Both the position numbers and the translations under genes were made by a program. This document shows, piece by piece, positions 1 through 11,806 of a DNA stretch of 64,000 bases. Numbering within the stretch: the first letter of the stretch is position 1; each line of letters opens with the position of its first letter. The stretch spans positions 930,001 through 994,000 of the forward strand of contig LSRY02000034.1 in NCBI GenBank assembly GCA_001643675.2, read 5' to 3'. The notes under the pieces were generated by a model. It saw nothing but the letters and a program-made list of their open reading frames with translations. It did no database searches and was not told where the DNA came from. The DNA is from Monocercomonoides exilis PA203 (Eukaryota > Protista > Preaxostyla).

Positions 1-10
1 TCATCTCCTT

Positions 11-1060
11 TTGCCCAGAATTGTTTCGATAAAGAAGTTTGCCTCGATGATAGGGAAACTGAATGCAACCAGATTCGTGAATCAAGAAGCCTCTCTGAAT
101 TTGTCACAACTGTTCAAACTCCTAAATGAAGCTTTGAGTCTGAGCGGATGGAAAGGAAAAATGCGCGTGAATGCATCGATAACAAATTGCCTCAGGAAGT
201 GGAGCGAAAGGCTGAAAGAGAACCAACCAAGGAGATTGAATCCAGTGTTTCGACCAGAAGCAATTCTATCGACAGATGCATCAGTGTTTGCCATTGGAGC
301 AACACTAAAAGTCAACAATCAGATGATGGACTTTCACAAACGTCTTCCACCTCCAGTCATAAACCAAAGTTCAAATTACAGAGAGTTGTTTGCGATAAAT
401 CAAGCCATCGCGCATTTCACAAATTCCATTCGAAATCAAGAAATAAGAAATCTGCTTATTCAATCAGACAACACAACAGCAGTTTACAATCTGAATCGAT
501 GGGGAGCGGGTCCGAATCTCAGAAACCTTCTGAAGAAAATATGGAATCAAATCCAAGCGCTGAAAGTGGTTGTGAAAGCTCAACATATTCCCGGAGAGAG
601 AAATGTCAGAGCAGATGGCCTATCGAGATTGGCAAAAGGAGGAGATTACGAAGTCGAACAAGAAGCACTCGAAGAGATCACCAATCAGCTTCAGATGCGC
701 ATCACACTCGATGCCTTCGCAGCAAAAGAAAACATTAAATCAACGAGATGGTGCAGATCAGGAAGCAATTTAAGTCAAGACGGGTTACAAATTTCTTGGA
801 GAAACGAGACAGTTCTTGCACATCCACCAGTTCCCTTGATTCCAGCAGTGATCCAAAAAGCAGCGATGGAGAAAGCTCGAGTTCTTCTTCTTCTTCCAGA
901 TTGGAAGGGTCATATATGTGAACCTCTACTGAACAACACAAATTACATCTCTTGGACATGGAGGAGAACGGAGGAGACCATCAAGGAAAAAAGATGGATG
1001 AAGATAATGAACACAACGCTTCCTCCAGGAAGACTGAGGATCTGCCTAATCAATCCATAA
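11..1060 (+). CDS. DIRS pol C-terminal part: RT end, RNase H and DNA N6-adenine methyltransferase-like domain (5'-truncated)
   Basis: RNase H motifs STDAS, SSNYRELFAI, IQSDNTTAV and HIPGERNVRADGLSR. MT-like motifs LDAFA, DGLQISW, LAHPP and LLLPDW. Confidence 0.88.
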   Translation: MPRIVSIKKFASMIGKLNATRFVNQEASLNLSQLFKLLNEALSLSGWKGKMRVNASITNCLRKWSERLKENQPRRLNPVFRPEAILSTDASVFAIGATLKVNNQMMDFHKRLPPPVINQSSNYRELFAINQAIAHFTNSIRNQEIRNLLIQSDNTTAVYNLNRWGAGPNLRNLLKKIWNQIQALKVVVKAQHIPGERNVRADGLSRLAKGGDYEVEQEALEEITNQLQMRITLDAFAAKENIKSTRWCRSGSNLSQDGLQISWRNETVLAHPPVPLIPAVIQKAAMEKARVLLLLPDWKGHICEPLLNNTNYISWTWRRTEETIKEKRWMKIMNTTLPPGRLRICLINP

Positions 1061-2263
1061 CAGAAAAGGGAGAATTGTGGTGGAACGAGATTCTGGCATC
1101 AAGAAGTATGTCACGTGAACTGGCCGAAGAGTGCAAAAACAGTGTCGCTTGTGCAACATGGATGGGATACACTCATGGTTTCGCACATTTCAAAGACGGA
1201 TGGGATCAGTTGAAATTCAAAGACGTCCCTTCAAAATTTCAGATTTGGCAGAAAAGATGCTTGGATGTGTTTGTCGCCTTGAAAAACAGCGGAATGAAAG
1301 CTTCTTCATTGAGAATTGTCAGATCGGCAATTTCCTTCCTAACATCAGTATTATACGGAAAATCACTGAAAGAGAACACCTTGATTTCAATCCTGTTAAG
1401 ATCATTCAGGAGATCTGAATGCAGAAAGAAAAAGAGACAAAGACGATATGTGGAACCCTCAACAGCTATTCACGTATATAGAAACGATTGGAAAGAACGA
1501 AAATTTGTCATTCTCACAGCTAACGAGGAAAACAATTTGTTTGTGCATGATGTTCTCTGCGTGCCGCTTCACAGAACTGGAAAGAATTAATCTCAAGGAA
1601 TCAGAAATAGATAAACAATCAATTAACCTAAATACATCACTGAAAACTGGACTTGAAAGAAGCAACATTGTCATCCCATTCCTCGACAATAAAAGTTTGA
1701 TATGACCAGCAACAGCCGTTTATGATCTCTGGGATCGAGTGAAAATTCACAATCCAACTTCCAATAAACAGTTTCTGAGCTCTTCAACATTTGATCCGAT
1801 GAAGGCCCGGGCAATTCGAAAAGCAACCAGTGAAATGATGAAAGACGCAAGAATCCCTTCGAACTACAGCCCATACACATTGAAACATGCCTCCATATCA
1901 GCCTTAACAATGGCAGGAACTCCAGTCGAACAGGTGGCAAAATTTGCAAGATAATCCCCCAGAAGCAGCACAGTGATAAAACATTATTTCAAATCAAACA
2001 TATCAAACAAGATGGCCCAGATGATTTCATCGAATCAGGAGACAAAGAAAGCAATTCAACAGCCTTCCACGGTTCCGCCATCCACATCCACACCAGACGA
2101 AAAGGATTCCATTATTCCCATCAATCAACAATCACGTTTGCCAGAAGGCCATGAAACAAAGAAAGCAAGAGAAGAGATCTCACAACCAGACTTTATTGAA
2201 GAACCAGAGATAGTTGGTCTCAATCTATCCACGAAAAGCACTGAAATACCACGAACAATTTAA
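952..2263 (+). pseudogene. Tyrosine recombinase of the DIRS element, disrupted
   Basis: Split over ORFs 952-1590, 1448-1705, 1739-1954 and 1973-2263 by a frameshift near 1430 and in-frame stops at 1703 and 1952. Motifs CRFTEL, LKT, YTLKH and IKHY. Confidence 0.8.
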
Positions 2264-3439
2264 ACGAGAAAGACGAAAATGAAATTATAGAAGAAAAGTG
2301 CATCCAGTTTATTATTCGAACAAGATCACAGAGACAAAAAGAAAAGATGGAAAGAGAAAACTCGGATAGTAATCCATAACGCCCAATTACTACAAACTCT
2401 CAGATCGAAGAGAAGAAAGTGAATGAATGTTTTCTTGTAAATTAAAAATGCTTGCGTTTTGATTGAAAAAGAAAATATGAAATTCACTTTCTTCTCTTCA
2501 CCAACCGCGTTTTCACTCCCACCCTGTTAATTTGGCTAAAAACAAGTTCCAAATGCAATACCAACCCAAAACCCATTTTGAAACTTATTTCACCTTTTTC
2601 TCTTCAAGCGCAATTTGTATTTTCACGAACATTTTCCTCGCTTCACTTTTTTAAACTAGATTCGCTTGGGTGACTGAACATGAAGTGATACTCTCATATT
2701 GAAGAGAAGAAAGTGAATTTCATATTTTCTTTTTCAAAAAAATTCAAAATGATTTCTTTGAAAAATTTCGGACTTTATAAGTTTCACTATTCCCCTTTTT
2801 TCTCATTTCAAACATTTTTTTTGAAAAAACACAATTTTCAATTTGAATAAGAATTTGTTTTGAAAATTAATGAGAGAAAATAAAAAAATTTTTATTTCAA
2901 AATAAATTGATCTATGCAAATTAAATTGATAATTCATTGTGTTTGTTTGAAAATTTGAATTACAAAAAAATCAATCATGATAAATTTTCACTTTGGATTC
3001 TTGAAAAGATCTTTTTTTCACTTATGTTTTATGAAAAAAGACAATAACAAAGACTCCACATTAATATTTTATTTTGACAAAATTTGACACAAATTCACAT
3101 ATATTCTGAAAATCATGTTTAAAGCAAAAACAGTTAAATGAGAAAAACAAAGGAAAAAAATTAAAAAAGTCAAAAATCACACAAAATAACAATAAATGTT
3201 TTTCGTAAAATGACGTCACAATTCATAACGCTAGGCACAGAATATTCGCTGAACATCCAGCAAAGTCTTTGATTTGGGTTTTTAAAAAAAATTAAACTGA
3301 AGCTGATTAAATAGTTCATATTTTTTTAGAAAAAATCTGAATCAGAAAATTGTTAATAATCACATGGAAAATGATTCATTGTATATATTTCGATTATTGC
3401 TTTTTTTTATCCTCTCAGTTATTTTTTGTATTTTTCATT

Positions 3440-3508
3440 AAAAAAAAAAAAAAAAAAGAGAGAGAGAGAGAGAGAGATAGAGAGATAGAGATAGAGATAG
3501 AGATAGAG

Positions 3509-3540
<32 letters not shown>

Positions 3541-3541
3541 A
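3440..3541. repeat. poly-A + (GA)n/(GATA)n microsatellite
   Basis: Directly visible upstream of the RPA2-like gene. Confidence 0.95.
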
Positions 3542-3752
3542 TAAAGAAATCTGATAAAACAAAAACAATGAGTGTTTTTATATAAAAGAGAAGATATCAA
3601 ACATTCGTTATTAATAACTTTTAATATGTTAACAATTGATATTTTTTGCTTATAATATTATTTTATTTATAAAAGGATTTGTTATGAAAAAAAATACAAA
3701 CAATTAACACATAACCCATACAAACTTTTTTTTGTTCCTGAATTGTATTTTA

Positions 3753-4485
3753 ATGTTTGGTGGCTTTGATGAAGGTTCTCCGAGAAGAGAAGGAGATGAT
3801 GGAAAAAGCAGAGATGATGGAAGAAGAAGGCCCTTGGATAATATGTCTGTAATTCCTGTTTCAGCCAAAATGCTTATGAATGCGGAAAAAGAAGCTCCAA
3901 AGGGAATGTATTATTTAGACAAAGTTGAATTAAGTACAGTATGCAAACTAATTTTTAATTTCCACTTTTTCAGAAATTTCATTTTTTCGTTACATTTTAT
4001 TTTACAAAATTTTATGAAATTTGAATGTTTTGTTCACTGAAGGTTGAACTTGTTGGATTAATCCTCGAAGCAACACCTGACAGAAACGCAATGAATTATA
4101 AAATAGATGACGGTTCAAACTGTATTGATGTGAAGTATTGGATGGTGACTTCCTCGGCCGAAGATTCTCCTTATAGAGAAGGAATGTACGTACGTGTTTG
4201 CGGACAGTTAAAAGAATCTGAGGAGGGGAGAGAAGTTATTGCTTTTCAGATTCATCCAGTAAAGGATTTTAATGAACTTACATTTCATCATTTGGCTGTC
4301 ATCCAATCATTTCTGATAAGGACAGGGCAACTTGCAACTGTTTGTTCTTTATTCCAAAACGCAATTGATCCCAAACATTTTATTTATCTTCTTTTTTTCA
4401 CTAGACCACTCCTGCTTTTGTGTCAAATACACAAAATCAAACTTCTTCGTCAAACCTAACATCTCCTGCACACAGAATGTATTAA
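3753..4485 (+). CDS. RPA2: Replication protein A 32-kDa subunit-like OB-fold protein, 3 exons (3753-3938, 4043-4339, 4405-4485)
   Basis: VIPVSAKML...VELVGLI...YKIDDGS..IDVKYW...GMYVRVCGQLK...IHPVKDFNELTFHHLAVI. GT-AG introns at 3939-4042 and 4340-4404 keep the frame. Confidence 0.8.
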
Positions 4486-4647
4486 ATCAACATTTTCTTG
4501 TTGTTATTTTTCTTCATTTTATAAACTTTTTTGCTTACATTTCATTTTCAACTTCAGTATACTTTATTATAGTGAAAAATCTTTTATTTTTTTATCTTCA
4601 AATGGGCTTTTGATCCGAAAGTACACTTTTTTTTCGAAGATATTTCA

Positions 4648-5640
4648 ATGGCTGAATATGGAAAATTGGAATATTGGTGTGCAGTAACATTATTGAGCAC
4701 GCTTGCATTTTTAATCAGAAACCTTTTTAACATGAAGGGAACAACGATATTCTGAAGATCCAAATCCATTTGAATGGTATCAAAGATACATTGCGTTAAA
4801 ACCGATTATCAATGCAGAAATAAAAAAAGATGCTAATATCCTTCACATCGGATGCGGAACTTCGCGTTTGCATTTTTCATTTGAACTTCAAAAGTTTTTA
4901 TTAAATTTTTATTTTCATTTTCTTTCAAAGGTGTTGGAGAGGAAATGTATGCAGATGGATATCAACACATTGTGAACACTGATTTTTCCCCAAAAGCTAT
5001 CGAGATTATGAAAGCTAAAGTTTCGGATAAGCCTGGGCTTCAATGTATTTTTTTTAATTTTTAACAAAAATTTCTGAATATACTTTTAAACAATTTTGAA
5101 AAGACGCGGTTGAGGATGTACTAGATCTGCTAGAGCAGCCAGAATCCCAATATGATGCTGTTATTGGAAAAGGATGCTTTGATAGCATTTTATGCACCGA
5201 AACTTCTTTCAAAAATGCACAAAATATGTTGGCAGGAGTTGCAAAGTTTGAAATTTTGAAGCAGTTTAATTATATTTTATGACTCTCGTTATAGAGTGTT
5301 AAAACCAGGAGGTGTATATGTTGAAATTTCTTACAAAGGCAGAGAAGATGGTTATCCTTATTTTCAAACACCAGAACTGTATGCCTTTTTTAATCATTAC
5401 AAGCGTTGCTATGACTTCGTTATTATTTCATTTTCCTCGAATTCATGAACTAGACCTTGGAAAGCGAAAATGCAGACCATAATAAGGCCAAAAAGAGGAA
5501 TGACTTTTTCAACTTCTTCTTCAGCATCTTCATCTTCTTCGCAGCAGCGTGCTCCTTCTGTGGATGACGGAGAGGTTCATTACATATACATATGTAAGAA
5601 ACATTCCGCAAAAGAAGAAGATGATCAATCAGAACAGTGA
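4648..5640 (+). CDS. Class I SAM-dependent methyltransferase, METTL13 N-domain/EEF1AKMT4-like; multi-exon and missed by the ORF track
   Basis: Manual splicing gives MAEYGKLEYWEQRY..PFEWYQ..ILHIGCGTSR..EMYADGY..IVNTDFSP..YDAVIGKGCFDSILC..VLKPGGVYVEISY..HYIYICKK. Five short GT-AG introns; TGA at 5638-5640. Confidence 0.85.
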
Positions 5641-6007
5641 TTGTATTTTGGCTGAAATATCTTTTTTTGAAACCAAAGTCATTATTTATTCTATTTTTAA
5701 TAATCGTACATTTGTCTAACTTTTATCTTGATTTTCATTGACAACCACAAATATTTTTTGTTGTTTTATGAAGAGAAGATGTTTATTTTTTTTGTTCCGA
5801 AAAACTTATTCCAGCTTGAAAATTCCATAAAAAAAAAAAGCAATTCAAAAATAATTCTAAAATCAACTGGAGGTGAAAATTTATCCTGTAAATCAAATCA
5901 ATAAATATGATGCATCCATTCTCGTTCTCATTCCTTCATGTTTGCATTGCCTCTGGATGATGATGATTATTATTATATATAACCATTGATCAAGAGTTCT
6001 TTTCAAC

Positions 6008-9000
6008 ATGGGCAAAGTGGACACTAACATAAATTTTTCTGACATACAGTTTTCCACTTTTGATAAAGCTTTATTTGGAACTCTTTTCGCGATGTCAAAA
6101 GTATGCATACATTTTTGACGCATGATGTGAACATTTTTTGATGATTTTATATTTTAGGGAGAAAAAGACTATGCAGGGGAAACTTGGTTCACTTATGCTC
6201 CATTAATTTTTGAGATACTTCAATGTGTCGGCTTGCCAGTTCAAGAAATTAGTTGTTGGCCAATGGGCCCAACGAAAGATGTTATAATGACTGCATTTGA
6301 TTTTATGGATTTCCAGTTTTTTGTTGAATCACCAGTAATGTCGTACATTCTATTTTCCGTTCTTTTTATTATTATCATGGGCTCAATCATAGTATTCTTT
6401 GCATTGATGATTGTGTTCAAGAATGGTGATTCTCGTGTTCCACTTCCACTCGTTCGTCTACTCCGTGTTATCACAAATGCTTCTGTTACATGGGGCTACC
6501 AACCAATGATCACCATTATATTTATGATTGTTGATTGCCATTGGGATTCTGGAGTTGGCATGTGTGATGCATTTCCTGAGATTGAATGTTGGAAAGGGGC
6601 TCAAGCTGTCTTCAATGTACTTTCTCTGTTCACATTAGCGTCATTTTTGCCTTTCACTCAATTCATCATTTTATTTTTATATGAATTTGATTGTAAGCAT
6701 GATGTCCTTCTCGCTGCACATTCCGGTCGCTATGAGTTTGTTGAAATGCTCACTAAATGTATACTAACTGCTCAGTCACAATGGCTTTCACGTTATTACG
6801 AAGTTCGCATCCTCTTTTGTATTGTGGGGTTCACATTCTTGATGTTCTACATCATGTGGATGCAACCATACCATTCTCTCCACACGAATGTATTTGCCTC
6901 TGGGCAGTATGGATGGTCTGTCACAACCTCCTTTTATGCGTGGATCTCCATCTTCGTGGAAGGCTCAGGGCTGCTGGTGATTACGCTTTTCTGGGTGACG
7001 TATGTGATATCGACAGTCTTCCTCACATTCATCATCTGCCTGTATGCGCGGCAGATCTATCTCTCTCGCTGTGCTCTCACTTACGATTTCCGCATCCCTG
7101 TCAAAACGAACATCAAGTTTGTGGACGAGGAGCGCCCCACGTTTGCGCGGATCCGGCGGGCGAAGCGGACGCAGCTGCGCGGGTTTGTGTTTGAGTGCGA
7201 CGAAGGCGAGGAAGAGAAGAAGCAGGAGCTGTGGCTGAGGGAGCGGAGGATGCGGTACGAGGCGCGGGACGCCGAGCGAAAGGAGAAGAAGAAGAAAGAC
7301 GAGGAGAAAGAGAAGGAGCGGCTGCGGCTGGAGCAAGAGCGCATGACCACTCGCCGCTCGTCGATGCTGACTGCATCTGCTTCTTTCTCATCGCGCTGGT
7401 CGGCTTCTTCTTCGGCAGGCGCATTCACCGATGACAGGCTTTTGCAACAGCAGCAACAACGGCAGCAGCAACAACAGAGAACCCCTCTGTCAGCTGTAGC
7501 GCCGTTCCTGAGCGAGCCCAGTGCATCCCTTCAGAGTGTGCACAACCCGCAGCTTGCGGACACTGCTCCTCTGATGATGCGCCAGTCGTCGTCTCAGACG
7601 CGTCTTCCTCCGCATCTGGCTTCTCAAGGCTTTCAGCAGGCTTCACAGCAGGTTTCACAGCAAGTTCCATTGCAGCAACAGCCTCCGCTTTCGTTGTTGT
7701 CTTCGAATTCTCAAACTGACCATTCGTATTCAGCCACTCCGCTGCACAATCCTGTGTCTCCGATTGCTCTTTCTCTTCAGCCACATCCGGCGCAGTCACA
7801 AGCGCTTATCCCGTCGCGTCTTACAACATCAATCACAGCAGCCGACTCCATCTCGTCGATCAGCACAGACGCGTCCACATGCACCTCTTCCTCGGCTTCC
7901 CCAACACCATCGCCGTTTCCGTATGATCTTTTGCATCAGAACCAAAGTCTGAATCAGAATCAGCAGCAGGAGAATCAACAAAGCCAACAGAACACACAAT
8001 CACAAACATCGCTGATATCACAGCAGGTCAGGTCAGCTGCGCAGCACATGCGGATGCAGCTGAGTGGAGAGGATGCGAGTGAAAGCGATGAAACTTTTGG
8101 AATGGGAAGTGGAATGGCAACAGGAACAGGAACAGGATCGAATGAAGGAAATCGCACTGTGTCGTTTGCGAATGCGGCGCATGCAGTGGCTGAAGGGCTG
8201 AGTGCGATGTCAGGTGCGAATGGAAATGGAGGTATAAACAGCAGCACAAACGCAAATAATATCAGAACGCAGATGGGGAGGCGAGCAAGACACACGCAGA
8301 TTGTGCAGCTGACGCCGCCGTATTTCATTCCAAAGCTGAAATCGGCCTCGCAGGTCGACCAGGCAGTGAGGTTTCTGTGGGATCCTGAGGTGAGGAGGAG
8401 GAAGGAGTACGTGGCGTATGCGGACTACATCTTTTGCCAGAACATTCAGAAGTTTCCGCGGCATCCTGCGCTGCGTGTGCACTATGGCTTGTTTCTGTGT
8501 CTGTATCGGAAGGACTGGGAAGGCGGAATGCAGCAGATGGGGATCGCGCACAAGATCGGGGCGACGATAGACACGCGATGGCCGATGTACTACATGGTGA
8601 AGGTGTATGAGCAGAACAACGCCGGGGCAGATCTGAAGTCGGCGAACGTGCTGTCGCTTTTCCGGTACAAGAACCATCTCTCGCAGGCGGAGCAGAACCA
8701 CCGCGAGGCGAAGGAGAAGCTGATGAGCGTACTGAACATCCTCGCCCAGAGTGACGATGACGATGTGACGTCTTTGTCACTTCTGCTGGACGAGCTGATT
8801 GACAATGAGAAGGCAGCAGACATGCACTACAGGGCTTTGTTGGAGAGCCATCCATTCTCCATTCCAGTGCTGAGGGGCTATGCGAACCTGATGACGGACA
8901 TATTCAGAAGAGATGCAGAGGCGGAGCTGCTGTATCAGAAGGCGAATGACATTGAGCAGGAGATGCTGAAGCAGACGGCGAAACAAGGGAGGATGAGGAG

Positions 9001-11775
9001 TTCAGATGCAAAAAGGGAGAGTAACAAGGAGAAAGAAAAGGAGAAAGGGAAAGAGAATGAAGAAGCGAGAAAAGGTAGTTCTGATGCGAAGGATCGAGTA
9101 GGATCGCCTTCCACTGCATCTGCACAGACATCCACAGCATCCACATCTTCTTCATCTACAGCAACTGGAGGAAGCAATTCCGCTTCTTCATCAGCCGGTC
9201 CGCAGGCCAACACAAGCGAGTCTGTCCGGATGAAGCTGCTGAGAAACAAGATCGGAGCACGAAAGGGAAACACGCTGCAGTCTGCTTCTTCGTCTGGCGG
9301 AAGCGAAGACTCAGGGGAGCATCACCAGGACCCGTGGTTCTTTGTGCTGAAGTACACACTCCCGTTCACTGTGCTTGTGTTTCTGATGCTGCTGGCGATC
9401 ACATTTGTGTTTGGGAACAAGCACTCACAGGACACGCAGAACCAGCTGCTGGAGCTTGGAGAGCTTGCCCGGGCAGCCACGTACACGACAGAGCTGGCGT
9501 CGTATTCGAAGCTGTTTGAGGCGCATTACTTTGGCAGAGCTTCGTTGGACCCGCTGTATTACCCGAACATCCGCCAGGTGAAAGCGAAGATTGCGTCGCT
9601 TGCGTCGCAGCTGCACACGATGGTGGTTGGCTGGCTTGCTCCGAAGGCTCCTGCGATTGCGGGAGATGAAGGGAATACAGCAATATCATCAATGTCATTA
9701 TCAGCATCATTGTCATCAGCAGCAGGAGAATTGGCATTGAAAGGGAAAAGGAGTGAGAAAGAGATAGGGAGAACAAGAATTCCAATGAAATCTCTATCAT
9801 CAATCAATTCCAATTCCAATTTCAAATACAATAACAAAGACTATACCAGATTCAATGCCAATTCCAATGCGAATCCACAGAATGATCTTCGAGCCGAGAC
9901 GAGTGAGTGGAGTGGGGCAGCACCAGGGAGCCAGACATACACAGCTCTGAAGGAGAAAGTGTCGTGGGACATCCACACAGTTGACCACATTTCTGTGGAT
10001 TGTGTGCACAACAGCGATTCTTCGCTGACGCTGGCGCAGCAGTGGATGGTGAGGGAGTCGTTTATCAATGCGATCATCAGATACATCACAGACCTGACGA
10101 CGCTGTGTGAGCTGAGCAAAGACAGGGCGACGAGTGTTAGTGGGAGTGGGAGTGAAAGTGAGGTGATGATGATGAAAGGGGTGAATGAAGAAGTAAATAA
10201 AGAAGTGAATAATGAAACGAATGAGGAGGTGAATGAAGGATTGGATGAGAAGAACAAAGAGAACGATGCAGAAATCACTGAAATCACTGAAATGGCAGAG
10301 AAAATGGATAAAATCAGGGAAATTGTGGACAATTCATTCAACGACACTTCGTTTGATCTGTTCGAATTTCCTTCCTTTGAAGAAATTCAATCAGATGACA
10401 ACTTTAAAAAGTACTTGACGAAAATAACACGTTCGAAAAGGAGTCCAAAAATGAGGTTTGCTGATAATCCTTCACATGCACATCATCCACGAGCGAAGAA
10501 GACAAGCAAACATTATCATAAATTGGATTCTTCTCCTTCTTCTTCCATTTCATCTCCTTCTTCATCATCTTCCTCCTCCTCCTCCTCCTCTTCAACTTCA
10601 TTTTCACCTTCAAACACAGCCACTTCATCCACTTCATATTCAGATCGATTTACAATTCCACTTCAAATGAATGATCAACCGCTCAATTCACTTCAATCTC
10701 AATCATCGTTATCAACATTATCATCTTCTCCTTCTCCTTCCTCCTCCTCTTCTTCCTCTCCACTCCACACAAATTCCTATCTCTCCAACATATATCTCTC
10801 TTCTTCTTCCTCTCCATCCCCCCACCACCCCAACCTCGACTCCTCTCTGAGCGACAGCGTTGTTGCCGACATTGTCACAGACACCGCCACAAACGGTCCC
10901 ACATCGCTTCTGCAGCGCTTCAAAGAGGAGATTGTGGATGTGATGAACAAGCACATGAACTCGAACCGGGCGACGCTTGTGTGTGCGATTGTGTGCGGGT
11001 TCTTCGGGTTTATGTTTATGGTGGTGTTTATTGTGGTTGTTTATGTGCTGCTGATGCGGCTGAACAGGCAGCGGAATTCGGCTCTATTTTTCTTCCTGGC
11101 GATGCGAAGGGATGTGCTGAAGGGGATTCAGAGGAGGCTGAACATCACAGAGGATGTGGAGAAGGGGATGGAAGAGGTGGAGAAGGAGGAAGGAGAAGAT
11201 GAAGGAGAAGATGAAAGGGAAGAAGGAGAAAGTGAAGAAGAATTTGAGTGGAGAGGGAAAAAGGAGAAGAAGTCGGGGAGAAACGGAGGGAAGAGGAATA
11301 AGCAGCATCAAAAGCACAAGAGGAAGGGGAAGAAAGGAGGAAGAGAAGGAGAAGGAGAAGAAGAGGAGGAGGAAGGAGAAGAGGGAGAAGGAAGAAGAAG
11401 AGAAGGAAGAGGAAAGAAGGAGTCGAATGCGATGAGCAAGCTGAAGAAGACGGTGCGAATTAGTGCGCTTGCAAAGACAGCACTGGGAAGGCAGCTGCTG
11501 TCAGTGATGTCAAACAAAGAGGAGGAGGAGAAGGATGAAGAAGAAGAAGAAGATAATGAAGAGGAAGAGGAAGAGGAAGAAGGAGAGAAAGAGAAAGCTT
11601 CAAAGAATGACAATAGAAAAGACAGTTCTGATGCAAATAATTCGAAGGAAAAACAACAACATTCAAAACCGAATGTGACATGTTCACCTTCTCCTGCTCC
11701 TTCTCCTTCGCTCGCAAGCACCTCTTCTTCTTCGTCTTCCTCATCGTCTTCCTCTTCTTCCACTTCTTCTACACT

Positions 11776-11806
<31 letters not shown>

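Larger units (their letters stand above)
1..2737 (+). mobile_element. 3' half of a DIRS-like tyrosine-recombinase retrotransposon (5' part outside the window)
   Basis: An RNase H + methyltransferase ORF overlaps a YR ORF. It is followed by a 38-bp segment (2463-2500) that is the exact reverse complement of 2700-2737, matching the ICR/terminus arrangement of DIRS elements. Confidence 0.85.
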
